Notes under the pieces: generated by a model
What the model was told of the DNA's origin: nothing
The model's database searches: none
What the model saw: the letters and a program-made list of their open reading frames with translations, nothing else
In this document: one piece after another, positions 18,241-29,966 of the stretch
Layout of the letters: each line of letters opens with the position of its first letter
How positions within the stretch are numbered: the first letter of the stretch is position 1
Source of the DNA: an uncultured Gammaproteobacteria bacterium
GTDB taxonomy: Bacteria; Pseudomonadota; Gammaproteobacteria; Steroidobacterales; Rariloculaceae
Assembly: GCA_963817615.1 (NCBI GenBank)
Contig: CAWFPH010000003.1
Span: forward strand, 1,822,718 to 1,886,717
Length of the DNA stretch: 64,000 bases
Direction of reading: 5' to 3'
Position numbers and translations under genes: made by a program

Positions 18241-18374
18241 CCCCCGATCATACCAACCCGCACTCGCAACGCGACGTACTGCGTTCGTCGCACGACTCGC
18301 CTGCCCAGCGTAACGCCGTGCGGCCGGCGCGCGTGCGGAGGCCGTCGCCCGAGACGCGCCGGGAGCCGCAATCG

Positions 18375-19676
18375 TCAGGGGCGCTCGAACAGAGCGAGGG
18401 TCTCGACGTGGTGCGTGTGGGGGAACATGTCGAAGACGCGCGCCGTGCTGAGCACATAGCCGCCGCGCTCGGTCAACACTTGCGCGTCGCGCGCGAGCGT
18501 GCCGGCGTGGCACGAGACGTAGACGATCCGCCGCGGCATGACCGTGCAGAGCTCGCCGATCGCCGCCTCCGCACCGGTTCGCGGCGGATCGAGCAGCACC
18601 AGGTCCCACGGCTCGCGCAGAAAGCGCCAATCCGCGAGCGACAGATCCGCGGTCAAGAATCGCGTGTTGTGGATGCCGTTCAGCGCCGCGTTGCGCACCG
18701 CTCGGGCGACGAGCCCGGCGTCGCCTTCGACACCGGTCAGCTCGCGCGCCCGTTGCGCCAGCGGCAAGCTGAAGTTGCCGATCCCGCAGTAAAGATCGAG
18801 CACGCGGTCGGTGGGCTCCGGCGCTGCGAGGCGCACGGCAGTCGCAACGAGCTCGCGGTTGATCGCCGCGTTCACCTGGACGAAGTCGGTGGGGGCGAAT
18901 TCGAGCGTCACGCCGAAGTCGTCGAGCCGATAGCGAAGCGGCCGCGCGTCGCGAAGCGGCGCGACGGTGCCCGGTCCGCCCGACTGCAGATAAACGTCGA
19001 TTCCATGGCGCTCGCCGAACTCGGCGAACGCGGCGCAATCAGCGACGCTCGGCTCATCGAGCACGCGAAACACCAGCGCAACCGCGTCGTCCGCGACCGC
19101 GGCCTCGATCTGCGGTACGCGCTGCCGTATTCCGGTTGCCGCGATCAAGTCGGCGAGCTCGCCGAGCAGTCCGTCCAAGGGCGGCATCAGCACCGGGCAA
19201 CGGCGCATGTCGGTGATGTAGGGTGCATTGCGTTCGCGGAAGCCGACGAGGACGCGGCCCTTGCCGGGCACGTATTTCACGCCGAGCCGTGCACGACGGC
19301 GATAGTGCCAAGGCGTGCTCGCGGCAGCCGGGAGCCATTGGCGCGGCTCGACGCGGCCGACGCGGCGCAGCGTTTCGGCGACTGCCCGCTGCTTCAACTC
19401 GAGCTGCGCATGATGGGCGAGATGCTGCAGGGCACAACCGCCGCAGCGGCCGAAGTACTCGCATCCGGGCGCCGTGCGCGAGCGCGAGGGGTCGAGCACG
19501 CGGACGAGCTCGGCCTCGACATGACCGCGGCGCCGTCTGCCGAGCCTGATCTCGACCCGCTCCTCGGGAAGAGCGCCCGGCACGAAGACGCGCCGGCCGT
19601 CGACGTTCGCGACGCCGAGTCCTTCGTGGGTGAGGTCGACGATCGCGGCTTCGAGGACCCGGCCGTCAGCCGGCAT
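18375..19676 (-). CDS. rlmD: 23S rRNA (uracil1939-C5)-methyltransferase RlmD (RumA)
   Basis: TRAM-like N-terminus (DLTHEGLGVANVDGRRVFVPGALPEE), a 4-Cys cluster (CEYFGRCGGCALQHL), the SAM motif DLYCGIGNFSLPLA and a C-terminal ...VSCHAGTLARD... Confidence 0.9.
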   Translation of the reverse strand: MPADGRVLEAAIVDLTHEGLGVANVDGRRVFVPGALPEERVEIRLGRRRRGHVEAELVRVLDPSRSRTAPGCEYFGRCGGCALQHLAHHAQLELKQRAVAETLRRVGRVEPRQWLPAAASTPWHYRRRARLGVKYVPGKGRVLVGFRERNAPYITDMRRCPVLMPPLDGLLGELADLIAATGIRQRVPQIEAAVADDAVALVFRVLDEPSVADCAAFAEFGERHGIDVYLQSGGPGTVAPLRDARPLRYRLDDFGVTLEFAPTDFVQVNAAINRELVATAVRLAAPEPTDRVLDLYCGIGNFSLPLAQRARELTGVEGDAGLVARAVRNAALNGIHNTRFLTADLSLADWRFLREPWDLVLLDPPRTGAEAAIGELCTVMPRRIVYVSCHAGTLARDAQVLTERGGYVLSTARVFDMFPHTHHVETLALFERP

Positions 19677-20451
19677 GACGAGCCGAACGCCAAGCTTCCA
19701 GAAACTGCGCCAGATGCGGTCGCTCCGAATGCGCGAGCTTCGCCTCGACGAGTGCGATTTCCGCGGCGTACCGTTCGGCGTCCAACTCGCCGCGCATCAG
19801 CTGAAAACGCAAGTAGATCAGGTAGGTGTTGAGCGCGTCGGTCTCACAGTAGTGGCGAATGGCTGCAAGCTCGCCCCGCAGGTAGGCGGGCCAGACCCGA
19901 TCGCCGCTCATCCCGAGCTTGCCGGGAAGCCCCACCAGCTGCGCAACCTGCTCGAGCGACGCGCGGCCGCTCGAGCCGTAGCCCGAAAGCACGTCCATCA
20001 AATCGATGTGCCGCCAATGAAAGCGGTTCAGGTAATTGTTGAACCGGAAATCGCGATTCGTCTCGCCGACCTCCCAGTAGCGATGCGCGTTCACGCCGTG
20101 CTTCAGCGCTCGATAGTGCAGCACGGGCAGATCGAAACCGGAGCCGTTCCAGGACACGAGATCCGGACTGTAGCGCTCGAGGCCATCGAAGAACCGCTGC
20201 ACGAGCTCGCGCTCGCTCGCTGTCTCGTCCCCGAGGCTGAAGATGTGCAGCTCGTCGCGCTCGCGCATCACGGCCGAGATCGCAACGACGCGCTGCTGAG
20301 GCAACGGCAGGAAGTCGTTCTGGCGCACCTGCTTCTGCTTGAACGCCATGACGCGAGCCACCGTCGCATCGTCGAGACCCGCGACGTCGTAGAGGCGCCG
20401 GCCGAGCTCGACGTCGGGTACGGTCTCGATGTCGAACGCGAGCGTGCTCAT
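19666..20451 (-). CDS. Predicted 3'-5' exonuclease (PolB-exonuclease-like, RNase H fold)
   Basis: MSTLAFDIETVPDVE... (Exo I DxE motif) ...LVSWNGSGFDLPVLHYR... (Exo II) ...YCETDALNTYLIY (Exo III-like). A conserved family often found next to acpS/rlmD. The assignment is from recalled family features. Confidence 0.75.
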   Translation of the reverse strand: MSTLAFDIETVPDVELGRRLYDVAGLDDATVARVMAFKQKQVRQNDFLPLPQQRVVAISAVMRERDELHIFSLGDETASERELVQRFFDGLERYSPDLVSWNGSGFDLPVLHYRALKHGVNAHRYWEVGETNRDFRFNNYLNRFHWRHIDLMDVLSGYGSSGRASLEQVAQLVGLPGKLGMSGDRVWPAYLRGELAAIRHYCETDALNTYLIYLRFQLMRGELDAERYAAEIALVEAKLAHSERPHLAQFLEAWRSARHAG

Positions 20452-20846
20452 GCGCGCGCTCCCGCGGCGTCGCGCAACAACACGGCCACCGCGACGATCA
20501 GCCCGGCCTCGTCGCTCAACGTGAGATGCGATTCGCCGACCCCGAGCTTACGGCAGAGCGCGCGCCCCCGCTCGGAGTAGATCACCTCGGGCCTGCCGAG
20601 CGCGTTCGGCAGCATGCCGACGTCGCGAATCCACATGCCGTTCGAGAATCCGGTGCCGAGCGCTTTGACCACCGCCTCCTTCGCGGCGAAGCGCATCGCG
20701 AGAAAGCGCGCCGGGCGTTTCGCGGTCGCGAACAGCGCAAGCTCCTCGTCGAGCAACAGGCGCTTTGCGAAGTGATCGCCAAAACGCTGCCACGTCTCTT
20801 CGACGCGGTCGAGGCGCAACACGTCGGTGCCGATTCCGTAGATCAT
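20448..20846 (-). CDS. acpS: Holo-[acyl-carrier-protein] synthase
   Basis: MIYGIGTDVLRLDRVEE...FAAKEAVVKALG... Canonical AcpS. Its stop overlaps the next start (ATGA). Confidence 0.9.
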   Translation of the reverse strand: MIYGIGTDVLRLDRVEETWQRFGDHFAKRLLLDEELALFATAKRPARFLAMRFAAKEAVVKALGTGFSNGMWIRDVGMLPNALGRPEVIYSERGRALCRKLGVGESHLTLSDEAGLIVAVAVLLRDAAGARA

Positions 20847-20856
20847 CCGCGCCGCC

Positions 20857-21591
20857 TCAAGAACGCGCAGCGACCATGAGCGCCTTCATCTTCGCGACCG
20901 CGGTTGCGAACCCGTCGAACAGCGCCTGCGCCACGATCGCGTGCCCGATATTGAGCTCCACGATCTCCGGAATGGCAGCGACCGGCGCGACGTTGTGGTA
21001 GTTCAGCCCATGGCCGGCGTGCACGATGAGCCCGAGCGAGCGTCCGCGAGCGGCTGCAGCGCGGATTCGCTCGAGCTCGCGCGCGCTCTGCGCGCCGCTC
21101 GCCTCTGCGTACGCGCCCGTGTGCAGCTCGACGACCTTCGCGCCGACGGCCGCGCTCGCCTCGAGCTGCGCCGCGTCGGGATCGATGAACAGCGACACTC
21201 GGATGCCATGGGTATGCAATTGGCGGCACGCGGCGGCGATCTTCTGAGGCTGGCTCGCCACGTCGAGACCGCCCTCGGTCGTGAGCTCCTCGCGACGCTC
21301 CGGCACGAAGCAGCAATCCGCGGGCCGATGCGCCGCGGCGACGTCGAGCATCGCATCGGTCACGGCCATCTCCAGATTGATTCGCGTCTGCACGACCCGG
21401 GTGAGAACCTCGAGGTCGCGGGCCTGGATGTGGCGGCGATCCTCACGCAGATGAATGGTGATGCTGTCCGCTCCTGCCTGCTCCGCCAGCAGCGCGGCAG
21501 TCACTGGATCCGGGTAACGCGTGCCGCGCGCCTGGCGCACGGTCGCGACGTGATCGACATTCACGCCGAGGTGGATAGTCATCGAAGTCAT
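20857..21591 (-). CDS. pdxJ: Pyridoxine 5'-phosphate synthase
   Basis: ...[24 protein letters not shown]...[12 protein letters not shown]...VELHTG.Y... Canonical PdxJ. An alternative ATG lies at 21582. Confidence 0.95.
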   Translation of the reverse strand: MTSMTIHLGVNVDHVATVRQARGTRYPDPVTAALLAEQAGADSITIHLREDRRHIQARDLEVLTRVVQTRINLEMAVTDAMLDVAAAHRPADCCFVPERREELTTEGGLDVASQPQKIAAACRQLHTHGIRVSLFIDPDAAQLEASAAVGAKVVELHTGAYAEASGAQSARELERIRAAAARGRSLGLIVHAGHGLNYHNVAPVAAIPEIVELNIGHAIVAQALFDGFATAVAKMKALMVAARS

Positions 21592-21604
21592 CGGAAGACG
21601 GTCC

Positions 21605-22333
21605 CTACAGCCCGCGGCTCACGATGTCCTGCAGCACCAAGCGGCTCTTCAACGGGCGATCGCCCAAATAGGCACGCAGGACGCGTCCCAGCAGACGCTG
21701 AGCCGCACGCACGCTGCGCTCGTCTTCGAGCGTTTGGTCGCGCAGCGCGATCAGCTCGCGGCCGGAGTACACCTCCGTCTCCTCCACCGCGCGGTCGGTG
21801 CGGCGTGGGCCGCGCTCGATCTCGAACACATAAGTCGACTCTGCCTGCAACGGCTCTCCGGTGACTGCATCCGCCTCGAGCCCGAGACCATAGCCGAGCG
21901 CGCCGAGCAGCTCGAGCTCGAACAGGCGAAGCGCTCGCGCGACGTTCGTCCCTGACGCGAGCTGAGCGAGGCAGCGACTATAGCAGGAAAAGACCTGCGG
22001 GTTCGGATCGTCCCGGGCCGTGAGACGCAGCAACAACTCGTTGCAGTAGAACCCCGCGAGCAATCGCTGCTCGACCAGCGTATAGCCGCCGCCCGCCGGT
22101 TCCACCAGCGTGAGGCGCGCGAGCTCACCGCGCCGCAGCCACGACAGCCTGATCGGCACGAAGGGCTGGAGCAACGCGCGCTGTCGACTATTCGCTCGAC
22201 GCGACCCGCGCGCGACGACGCCGACGCGGCCGTGCGTGGCGGTCACGCACTCGAGCAGCTGGCTCGTGTTGCGGTATGGGCGCTGATGCAGCACGAAGCC
22301 GTGCTCGAGCAGCACCTCCTCGCGCTCGCTCAT
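21605..22333 (-). CDS. recO: DNA repair protein RecO
   Basis: Trimmed to ATG 22333, which forms an ATGA overlap with the era stop: [31 protein letters not shown]... This is the typical RecO OB-fold N-terminus, in the era-recO-pdxJ synteny. Confidence 0.9.
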   Translation of the reverse strand: MSEREEVLLEHGFVLHQRPYRNTSQLLECVTATHGRVGVVARGSRRANSRQRALLQPFVPIRLSWLRRGELARLTLVEPAGGGYTLVEQRLLAGFYCNELLLRLTARDDPNPQVFSCYSRCLAQLASGTNVARALRLFELELLGALGYGLGLEADAVTGEPLQAESTYVFEIERGPRRTDRAVEETEVYSGRELIALRDQTLEDERSVRAAQRLLGRVLRAYLGDRPLKSRLVLQDIVSRGL

Positions 22334-23238
22334 GACACATCGAATCCCAAGCGCTTGAGCTCGCGCTCGCTGTCGGCCCAGTGCTCGCGCACCTTCACCC
22401 ACAGCTCGAGGTGCACGCGCGCGTCGAGCAACTCGCGCAATTCCGCGCGCGCCGCGCTACCAGCCTGCTTGAGCACCTGGCCCTGGCGGCCGATCACGAT
22501 GCTCTTGTGGCTCTCGCGCTCGAGCCAAATCACGGCATGCACCACGCGTTGGCCCTCCGCGTTCGTGCCGAGATGCTCGATCTCCACGGTGAGTCCGTAG
22601 GGCACCTCTTTGTGCAGCAGGCCCATCAACTTTTCGCGGATCACCTCGGCAATTCGAAACGCGAGATCGCGGTCCGTCACCATTCCCAGCGGAAACAAAG
22701 CGGGGCCTTGCGGCAGCCGTTCGAAGATCTGCTCCACGAGCCGGTCGAGATTCTCGCCGGTCCTTGCCGAAACCGGGATCAGGGCGGCAAGCGGCACCGA
22801 GCCGAGCTCGTCCAGCACGGGGAGCAGCTCGAGCTTGCTCGACAGCGCGTCGATCTTGTTGAGAACGAGGAAAGTGCGCTCGAGCTTCCCTTCCAACATC
22901 TGCACGAGCGCTCGATCTTGGGCGTTCAGCCCCTTCGCCTCGACCAAGAGCAATGCGACGTCGCAGTCCTCGACCGCCTGATGGATCTGCCGAGCCATGA
23001 GCCGATGCAACGCGCGTTTCGTTCGGCGTGCGTGGCCCGGCGTATCGATGAAGACCGCTTGATCCGCGCCCCGATTGAGCACGCCGAGCACCCGCTGCCG
23101 GGTCGTGTGCGGCTTATCCGTGACGATGCTGATCTTCTCGCCGACCAGCGCGTTCAGCAGAGTGGATTTGCCGACGTTCGGCCGGCCGACGATCGCGACT
23201 AGACCACAGCGGCCCGTTGGGCTCTCAGCGTTGCTCAC
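22330..23238 (-). CDS. era: GTPase Era
   Basis: G1 motif GRPNVGKSTL, G3 motif DTPG, NKID, and a C-terminal KH domain (...IWLERESHKSIVIGRQG...). GTG start overlapping the rnc 3' end. Confidence 0.95.
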   Translation of the reverse strand: MSNAESPTGRCGLVAIVGRPNVGKSTLLNALVGEKISIVTDKPHTTRQRVLGVLNRGADQAVFIDTPGHARRTKRALHRLMARQIHQAVEDCDVALLLVEAKGLNAQDRALVQMLEGKLERTFLVLNKIDALSSKLELLPVLDELGSVPLAALIPVSARTGENLDRLVEQIFERLPQGPALFPLGMVTDRDLAFRIAEVIREKLMGLLHKEVPYGLTVEIEHLGTNAEGQRVVHAVIWLERESHKSIVIGRQGQVLKQAGSAARAELRELLDARVHLELWVKVREHWADSERELKRLGFDVS

Positions 23239-23908
23239 CGGTCAGCACCGCCAACATCGCGGCCGCCGCTTCCTGTTCCGCGTGCCGGCGACTCGGGCCC
23301 TGACCGATGGTATGCGCATGCTTCTCCGGGACTTCGCAACTTACGATGAAGGTCTGCTCGTGGTCGCGGCCGCTGATCGACTCGACCGAGTACGCCGGCA
23401 GGCGCAGGCCGCAGCCTTGCAACCACTCCTGGAGTCTCGTCTTCGCGTCCTTGAGCTCGGCCGCTTGAGGAAGGTTCTCGAAATGTGCCGCGAACAGCAA
23501 ATCGATCAAAGCTTCCGCCGCCTGCGGGCCGCCGTCAAGCAGAACCGCACCGATCACGCCCTCCACCGCGTCCGCAAGGACGGCTCCGCGCTGCGCCCCT
23601 CCGGAGCGCAACTCGCCCGCACCGAGTATGAGCTGGGCGTCGATGCCGAGGCTCTGGCCGATCGCGGCAAGCGTCGGCTGCTTCACGAGCGCGGCACGCG
23701 CGCGGCTCAGATCGCCCTCGGAATCGGCGGGACGCAGCTCGTAGAGGCGCCGCGCTATCGCATAGCTCAAAAAGGAGTCGCCGAGGTATTCGAGGCGTTC
23801 GTTGTTTTGCTTCGACGCGCTGCGGTGGGTGAGCGCGAGATCGAGCAGATGAGTGTCGCGGAACGTGTAGTCGAGTTGCGCCTTCGCCCAGCGGGCGCGC
23901 GGCGTCAC
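23225..23908 (-). CDS. rnc: Ribonuclease III
   Basis: The RNase III signature ...NERLEYLGDSFL..., plus a C-terminal dsRBD (...GPSRRHAEQEAAAAML). GTGA overlap with the upstream gene's stop. Confidence 0.95.
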   Translation of the reverse strand: MTPRARWAKAQLDYTFRDTHLLDLALTHRSASKQNNERLEYLGDSFLSYAIARRLYELRPADSEGDLSRARAALVKQPTLAAIGQSLGIDAQLILGAGELRSGGAQRGAVLADAVEGVIGAVLLDGGPQAAEALIDLLFAAHFENLPQAAELKDAKTRLQEWLQGCGLRLPAYSVESISGRDHEQTFIVSCEVPEKHAHTIGQGPSRRHAEQEAAAAMLAVLTGEQR

Positions 23909-24306
23909 CGCCGGATCTCGACCTGCTTGTCGAACGCGACCACGAGATAGATGTCGGCAAAGTACGGCGCGCGATTCTCGTATTGGATGCGTACCTGGTA
24001 GCCGTTCTTGCTCTGATTGATCTTCAAGTTGTCGTTCGGCAGGTTGATGTCTTCGATCGAGAAGCGCTTCGAGATCTCGTAGCGAATCGCTCCCGCGTTG
24101 GTCTCCTTGCCGTCGAGATCGCGCTTCACGTCGGCAAGCACGGTCGAGAGGCGCATGTTCTGGATGTACATCGGCGTGATCTTGAGGGCAGCGAGGCCGA
24201 CGACGCCGAACAGGGTGGCGAGGATCAGGAAGCCGATGACGGTGATGCCGGCCTGCGACCGCCGCACGACCGCTCCTACTCGATTGCCTTGCCGATGCGA
24301 CTCCAT
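23905..24306 (-). CDS. DUF4845 domain protein (small membrane-anchored)
   Basis: Trimmed to ATG 24306, which has a strong GAAGGAGG SD 6-7 nt upstream. MESHRQGNRVGAVVRRSQAGITVIGFLILATLFGVVGLAALKITPMYIQN... Sits in the lepB-rnc intergenic slot typical of this family. Confidence 0.7.
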   Translation of the reverse strand: MESHRQGNRVGAVVRRSQAGITVIGFLILATLFGVVGLAALKITPMYIQNMRLSTVLADVKRDLDGKETNAGAIRYEISKRFSIEDINLPNDNLKINQSKNGYQVRIQYENRAPYFADIYLVVAFDKQVEIRR

Positions 24307-25058
24307 TGCGGTCCTCCTTCGCTCGGCCACCGCCAATTCATCCAGATGCCCACCGCACGACCCACGAGATTGGCCTCCGGAATGTATTCGACCCCCTCGA
24401 AACGGCTGTCGCGGCTGTTGTCGCGGTTGTCGCCCATCACGAAGTAATGGCCTGCCGGCACCATGTACGTGCCGCCTCGGCTCAGCGCGTGGCGTATCAG
24501 CAGCACCTCGTGGTCGTGCTTCCCGAGCTGTTCCTCGCCGACGTCCGTATCCGGCTCGTCGTCGTACTCTCCTATGACCTTCATCGCGATGGGATTGCCG
24601 TTGATCGTCAGATGCTTCGTCGCTTTGTCGTAATACACGACGTCGCCCGGCAAGCCCACCACTCGCTTGATGTAATTCACGCTGGGGTCGGACGGTAGCC
24701 TGAAGACTATGACGTCACCGTGCTGCGGCTCACCGATTCGAACGAATTTGGTATTTATAACCGGGAGCCTGAGGCCATACGCGAACTTGTTCACAAAAAT
24801 GAAGTCGCCCTCGACCAGCGTCGGCATCATGGAGCCCGACGGGATTCGGAACGGCTCGAACAAGAACGAGCGAATCAACAGCACGAGCAGCAGGATCGGG
24901 AAGAACGACTTCGCATATTCGACGATCAGCGGCTCGATGGGTTGCTCGCCACCCGCGGCCGCGACACGCGAGCGCTTCCAAAACAGCGCGTCCAACGCCC
25001 AGACCACGCCGGTGACCACCGTGAGAATCAGAAGTATCAGCGCAAAATCCAAGCTCAT
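24276..25058 (-). CDS. lepB: Signal peptidase I
   Basis: ...FRIPSGSMMPTL... (catalytic Ser box), ...GDVIVFR..., ...KRVVGLPGD..., ...YFVMGDNRDNSRDSR... (boxes B-E). Confidence 0.93.
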   Translation of the reverse strand: MSLDFALILLILTVVTGVVWALDALFWKRSRVAAAGGEQPIEPLIVEYAKSFFPILLLVLLIRSFLFEPFRIPSGSMMPTLVEGDFIFVNKFAYGLRLPVINTKFVRIGEPQHGDVIVFRLPSDPSVNYIKRVVGLPGDVVYYDKATKHLTINGNPIAMKVIGEYDDEPDTDVGEEQLGKHDHEVLLIRHALSRGGTYMVPAGHYFVMGDNRDNSRDSRFEGVEYIPEANLVGRAVGIWMNWRWPSEGGPQWSRIGKAIE

Positions 25059-25095
25059 TTCCTTCGGTGCCGCTGCCTAACCCATTGAGTATTCT

Positions 25096-26889
<1,794 letters not shown>

Positions 26890-26962
26890 GGGTATCGAGG
26901 TGCCGCAGCACGCGGCGGCGCGGATTATAGCGTCAATACTCGGGCGGGACGCCCGCGGCTCG

Positions 26963-27199
26963 CTAGGGCGGCGCGAGCCAACGCTCGATCCGCCCGCGAT
27001 CGAGCGGATAGCCCGAGAGCTCGGTCTCGCCCGAGACCAGCACGGGAATCCGAGCGCCGTAGCGGCGCTCCAGCGCCACACTGCCGTCCACGTCCACGAT
27101 CTCCACGGTCGCACGGCCGTCGAGCAACGGCAACAGCTCCTCGAGCAGCGCCTCGCACAAATGACAGTCGGGGCGGCTATAGAGCAGCAGCGTCGGCAT
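26963..27199 (-). CDS. Glutaredoxin-like (thioredoxin-fold, DUF836-type) small protein
   Basis: Trimmed to ATG 27199: [26 protein letters not shown]...RYGARIPVL... A CxxC motif in a Grx-like context. Overlaps the rseC 3' end by 23 nt. Confidence 0.65.
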   Translation of the reverse strand: MPTLLLYSRPDCHLCEALLEELLPLLDGRATVEIVDVDGSVALERRYGARIPVLVSGETELSGYPLDRGRIERWLAPP

Positions 27200-27611
27200 C
27201 GGGCGGCGCCGCACGGCGCACCATGAGGTGACGGAGTGTCGCTTGCTCGAGGCGGCGCCGCAGGAGCGGCGCCGAGAGCACCGCACCGAGCACGCCGAGC
27301 ACGGCGCCGGCCGCGCTCCCGAGGTCCGTGCCGCTCGCAGCGTGCCCGGTCACGGCGCCGCCGAGCAGCGCCGCTAGCGGCCAACCGTAGACCAGCAGCG
27401 AGCCGAGCAGCAGATAGCGATCCGGCAGCGTGACGACCACGCGGTCGCCGACGGCGACAATCGTAGGCGTCTCGAATCGAGCCCGGTGCGCGTCCGGCAA
27501 TCGGCGCCACAAGCACATGCCGGCGCATCCCTGGCACCGCCGGGGTACCGGAAATTCGATATCGACGAAACCCTGCGGCGTGACGCTCGTGACCGTGCCG
27601 TCCGCAGTCAT
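27177..27611 (-). CDS. rseC: RseC/MucC family (SoxR-reducing system RseC-like) protein
   Basis: N-terminal Cys-rich OB-like segment ([12 protein letters not shown]) followed by two TM helices. Located immediately after rseB in an rpoE operon. Confidence 0.7.
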   Translation of the reverse strand: MTADGTVTSVTPQGFVDIEFPVPRRCQGCAGMCLWRRLPDAHRARFETPTIVAVGDRVVVTLPDRYLLLGSLLVYGWPLAALLGGAVTGHAASGTDLGSAAGAVLGVLGAVLSAPLLRRRLEQATLRHLMVRRAAPPDADAAAL

Positions 27612-27643
27612 GCAGCTGACGGTGGCGATGAGGTGCGCTCCCG

Positions 27644-28625
27644 TTACTCGGAGACGAGCGATGAGGCGATCGTGCGGACGGTCTGCCGCGGCACCTCACC
27701 GATCGCGGTGACGGTATGCCCCCGCAGCGTGAGCGAGAATGCGTTAGTGCTCCCGAGGTTCGAGAAACCCTCGTTGACTTCCGTCTTGGTGTTGGGGTCC
27801 TCGATGAATACCGACACCGTGGCGAGGCCGTCGGAATACACGAGATGGTCGACCGGGTAATCGGACCCGGCGATCGAGCTCTGCGTCGCGACCGACAGCT
27901 TGAAGCCGCCGGGCACGGTCGCGGCGCGCCACGGGATCGCCGGCTCGCTGCCTTCGGACGCTTGCGCGGTCGTCGGCGGCTTCAGCAACGTGAATCCTTT
28001 GGTGTCGATGGTCGGATCCAGCGCCGAGGCCGGAATCGACTTCGGCAAATCGATCTCCGTGAACAGTATCTGCTCGACGATGTTGCCTTCCTCGTCGATG
28101 AGCTGCGACTTGAGCGGCATGGCCGTCTCTTGGTCGAGCCACAGCATGTAGCCGTAGCGGAATTGATCCTTCGGCTTGATTTCGACCACTTGCGCGGGCC
28201 GATTCGCCACGCGCGCGCTCGAATGCAGCTTGATGTCGTAGTGCGGCTCGAGCTCCGATGTGTAGCTCGGTAGCGCGGACACGAGCGGACTCACGTCGGC
28301 GCGCACCTCGAGCAGCACGACGCGTTGATCGGGCAGGATGCACTGCACCTGATCGTCCTGGCGGATGATCTCGCGCCCGACACCGTCCATAGACACGATT
28401 CGCTCACCGCTCTTGCCGTTCTCGTTGCGGTGAATGATGTGCAGCGTCTCGGCGGTGCCGCCGAGCAAGTGCACGAAGGTTCCTTGATAGTTCAGCTCGT
28501 CGACCGCTTTATTCATGCGATCGAGCCACGAGCGCGCCTCCTCGGCCGACGCGTCGAACGTGCCGAGCGCGAGTAGCAGCAGCGAGCGACTGATGACGGC
28601 GCGGCTCGGTAGTGTCAATGTCATT
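27644..28625 (-). CDS. rseB: Sigma-E regulatory protein RseB/MucB
   Basis: Real start at ATG 28625 (4-nt overlap with the rseA stop). [53 protein letters not shown]... This is the typical MucB/RseB N-terminus. Confidence 0.85.
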
Positions 28626-29301
28626 GCGCCGGCGCTTCGAGTTCTTCGGGGCGTGGCGGCAATGGCGGTGCCAGCTCTTCGCCGGGGCCGACGACCTCCG
28701 CGGCGCCGACGACGTTCGAGTGAACCGACGTGCGGCTCAATCCCGAGGTGTATTCGCCATGATGCACGAGATAGTTCGTCAGCCGAATCTGCGGTGCAAC
28801 GGTCGGCGCATCGGAGACGTCCTGCGGCACCGTGTAGCTCGCCGGCTCGGTCCACTGGCGCGCCGCCGGCGGCGGCGAAGCATTGAATGCGGTGGTCGGC
28901 GCGGCCGCGCCGCCGGCGCCGTCGTTGACCTCGCGCAAGCCGACGATTGCGACGACCGCCACCGTGGCGGCGATGCCGAATCCGGCGACCGGGCGCAGAT
29001 AGCGGCTCTGCCAGCGCAGCGGCGCGCGCTGCGGTACCGGCACATTCGGCAACGCGGCGGCGGCCGGATGGGCGGGCGCGGCCGGCGCGCCGTCGAGCGC
29101 GCTCGCGATGCGTCGGCGCAGCACGCCGTGATCGGGACGGAGCAGCTCATTGCGCAGCGCCGCGCCGATCAGCGCATAGCGCTGCGCCTGGTTACGGGAG
29201 TCGGTGTCGCGCTCGAAGCGCCGGACCAACAGCGCGCACTCTTGTTCGGACAATTCGTCGTCGATGAAAGCCGAGATTTGATCGTTGATCTGTTCAGTCA
29301 T
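28621..29301 (-). CDS. rseA: Anti-sigma-E factor RseA/MucA
   Basis: MTEQINDQISAFIDDELSEQECALLVRRF... (the sigma-E binding N-domain pattern), followed by a single central TM (LRPVAGFGIAATVAVVAIVGL) and a periplasmic C-terminus. Confidence 0.8.
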   Translation of the reverse strand: MTEQINDQISAFIDDELSEQECALLVRRFERDTDSRNQAQRYALIGAALRNELLRPDHGVLRRRIASALDGAPAAPAHPAAAALPNVPVPQRAPLRWQSRYLRPVAGFGIAATVAVVAIVGLREVNDGAGGAAAPTTAFNASPPPAARQWTEPASYTVPQDVSDAPTVAPQIRLTNYLVHHGEYTSGLSRTSVHSNVVGAAEVVGPGEELAPPLPPRPEELEAPAQ

Positions 29302-29328
29302 GCGTGCAATGCCCGTCGCCGTGAACGG

Positions 29329-29949
29329 TTATAGAAGCGGTGCGATTTCCTTGTCGATGGCTTCGCGCGCCCGAAAGATTCGCGAACGAACCGTCCCCAC
29401 CGGGCACTCCATCGTCTCGGCAATCTCTTCGTAGCTCATGCCTTCGATTTCACGAAGCAGGATGGCCGTTCGCAGCTCCTCGGGCAAGCCTCGAATAGCG
29501 CGATTGATCGCTTCCTGAATCTCGTCGGACTGCGCGAACCCCTCGGGCGTATCGAGATCGCGCAGGTCGTTCAGCACTTCCGCTTGCTCGGGATCTTGAA
29601 CGTCGAGATTGTAATGCTGCGGCCGGCGGCCGATGGCAACGAGATGATTCTTCGCCGTGTTGATCGCAATGCGGTACAGCCAGGTATAGAACGCGCTGTC
29701 GCCGCGGAAGGAGGGAGCTGCGCGATAGGCCTTCAAGAATGCTTCCTGCGCCACGTCGAGCGCTTCGGACTGGTCTCGAACGTACCTCATGATGAGCTTC
29801 AGGATCTTGTGCTGGTACTTGATGACCAACAAGTCGAACGCCGACCTGTCGCCTTGCTGCACACGTCGGACGAGCGCGAGGTCGGAGGCACCGCTGCCTG
29901 AAGGGTGTCTTTCCGCTTGCTCTGTCAAACGTTGTTCGGTAGACCGCAT
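29329..29949 (-). CDS. rpoE: RNA polymerase sigma-E (ECF) factor RpoE/AlgU
   Basis: ...LVRRVQQGDRSAFDLLVIKYQHKILKLIMRYV...YTWLYRIAINTAKNHL...EGMSYEEIAETMECPVGTVRSRIFRAREAI... The start could instead be the TTG at 29928 (see findings). Confidence 0.95.
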   Translation of the reverse strand: MRSTEQRLTEQAERHPSGSGASDLALVRRVQQGDRSAFDLLVIKYQHKILKLIMRYVRDQSEALDVAQEAFLKAYRAAPSFRGDSAFYTWLYRIAINTAKNHLVAIGRRPQHYNLDVQDPEQAEVLNDLRDLDTPEGFAQSDEIQEAINRAIRGLPEELRTAILLREIEGMSYEEIAETMECPVGTVRSRIFRAREAIDKEIAPLL

Positions 29950-29966
29950 GCCGCACCGAAAAGTTC
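29939..29966 (-). promoter_or_regulatory. Sigma-E-type promoter motif (GAACTT-N17-TCTAC)
   Basis: The minus strand reads GAACTT (29966-29961), a 17-nt spacer, then TCTAC (29943-29939). This resembles the autoregulated rpoE/algU promoter pattern GAACTT-N16/17-TCTGA. It overlaps the ATG at 29949, so the call is tentative. Confidence 0.3.
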
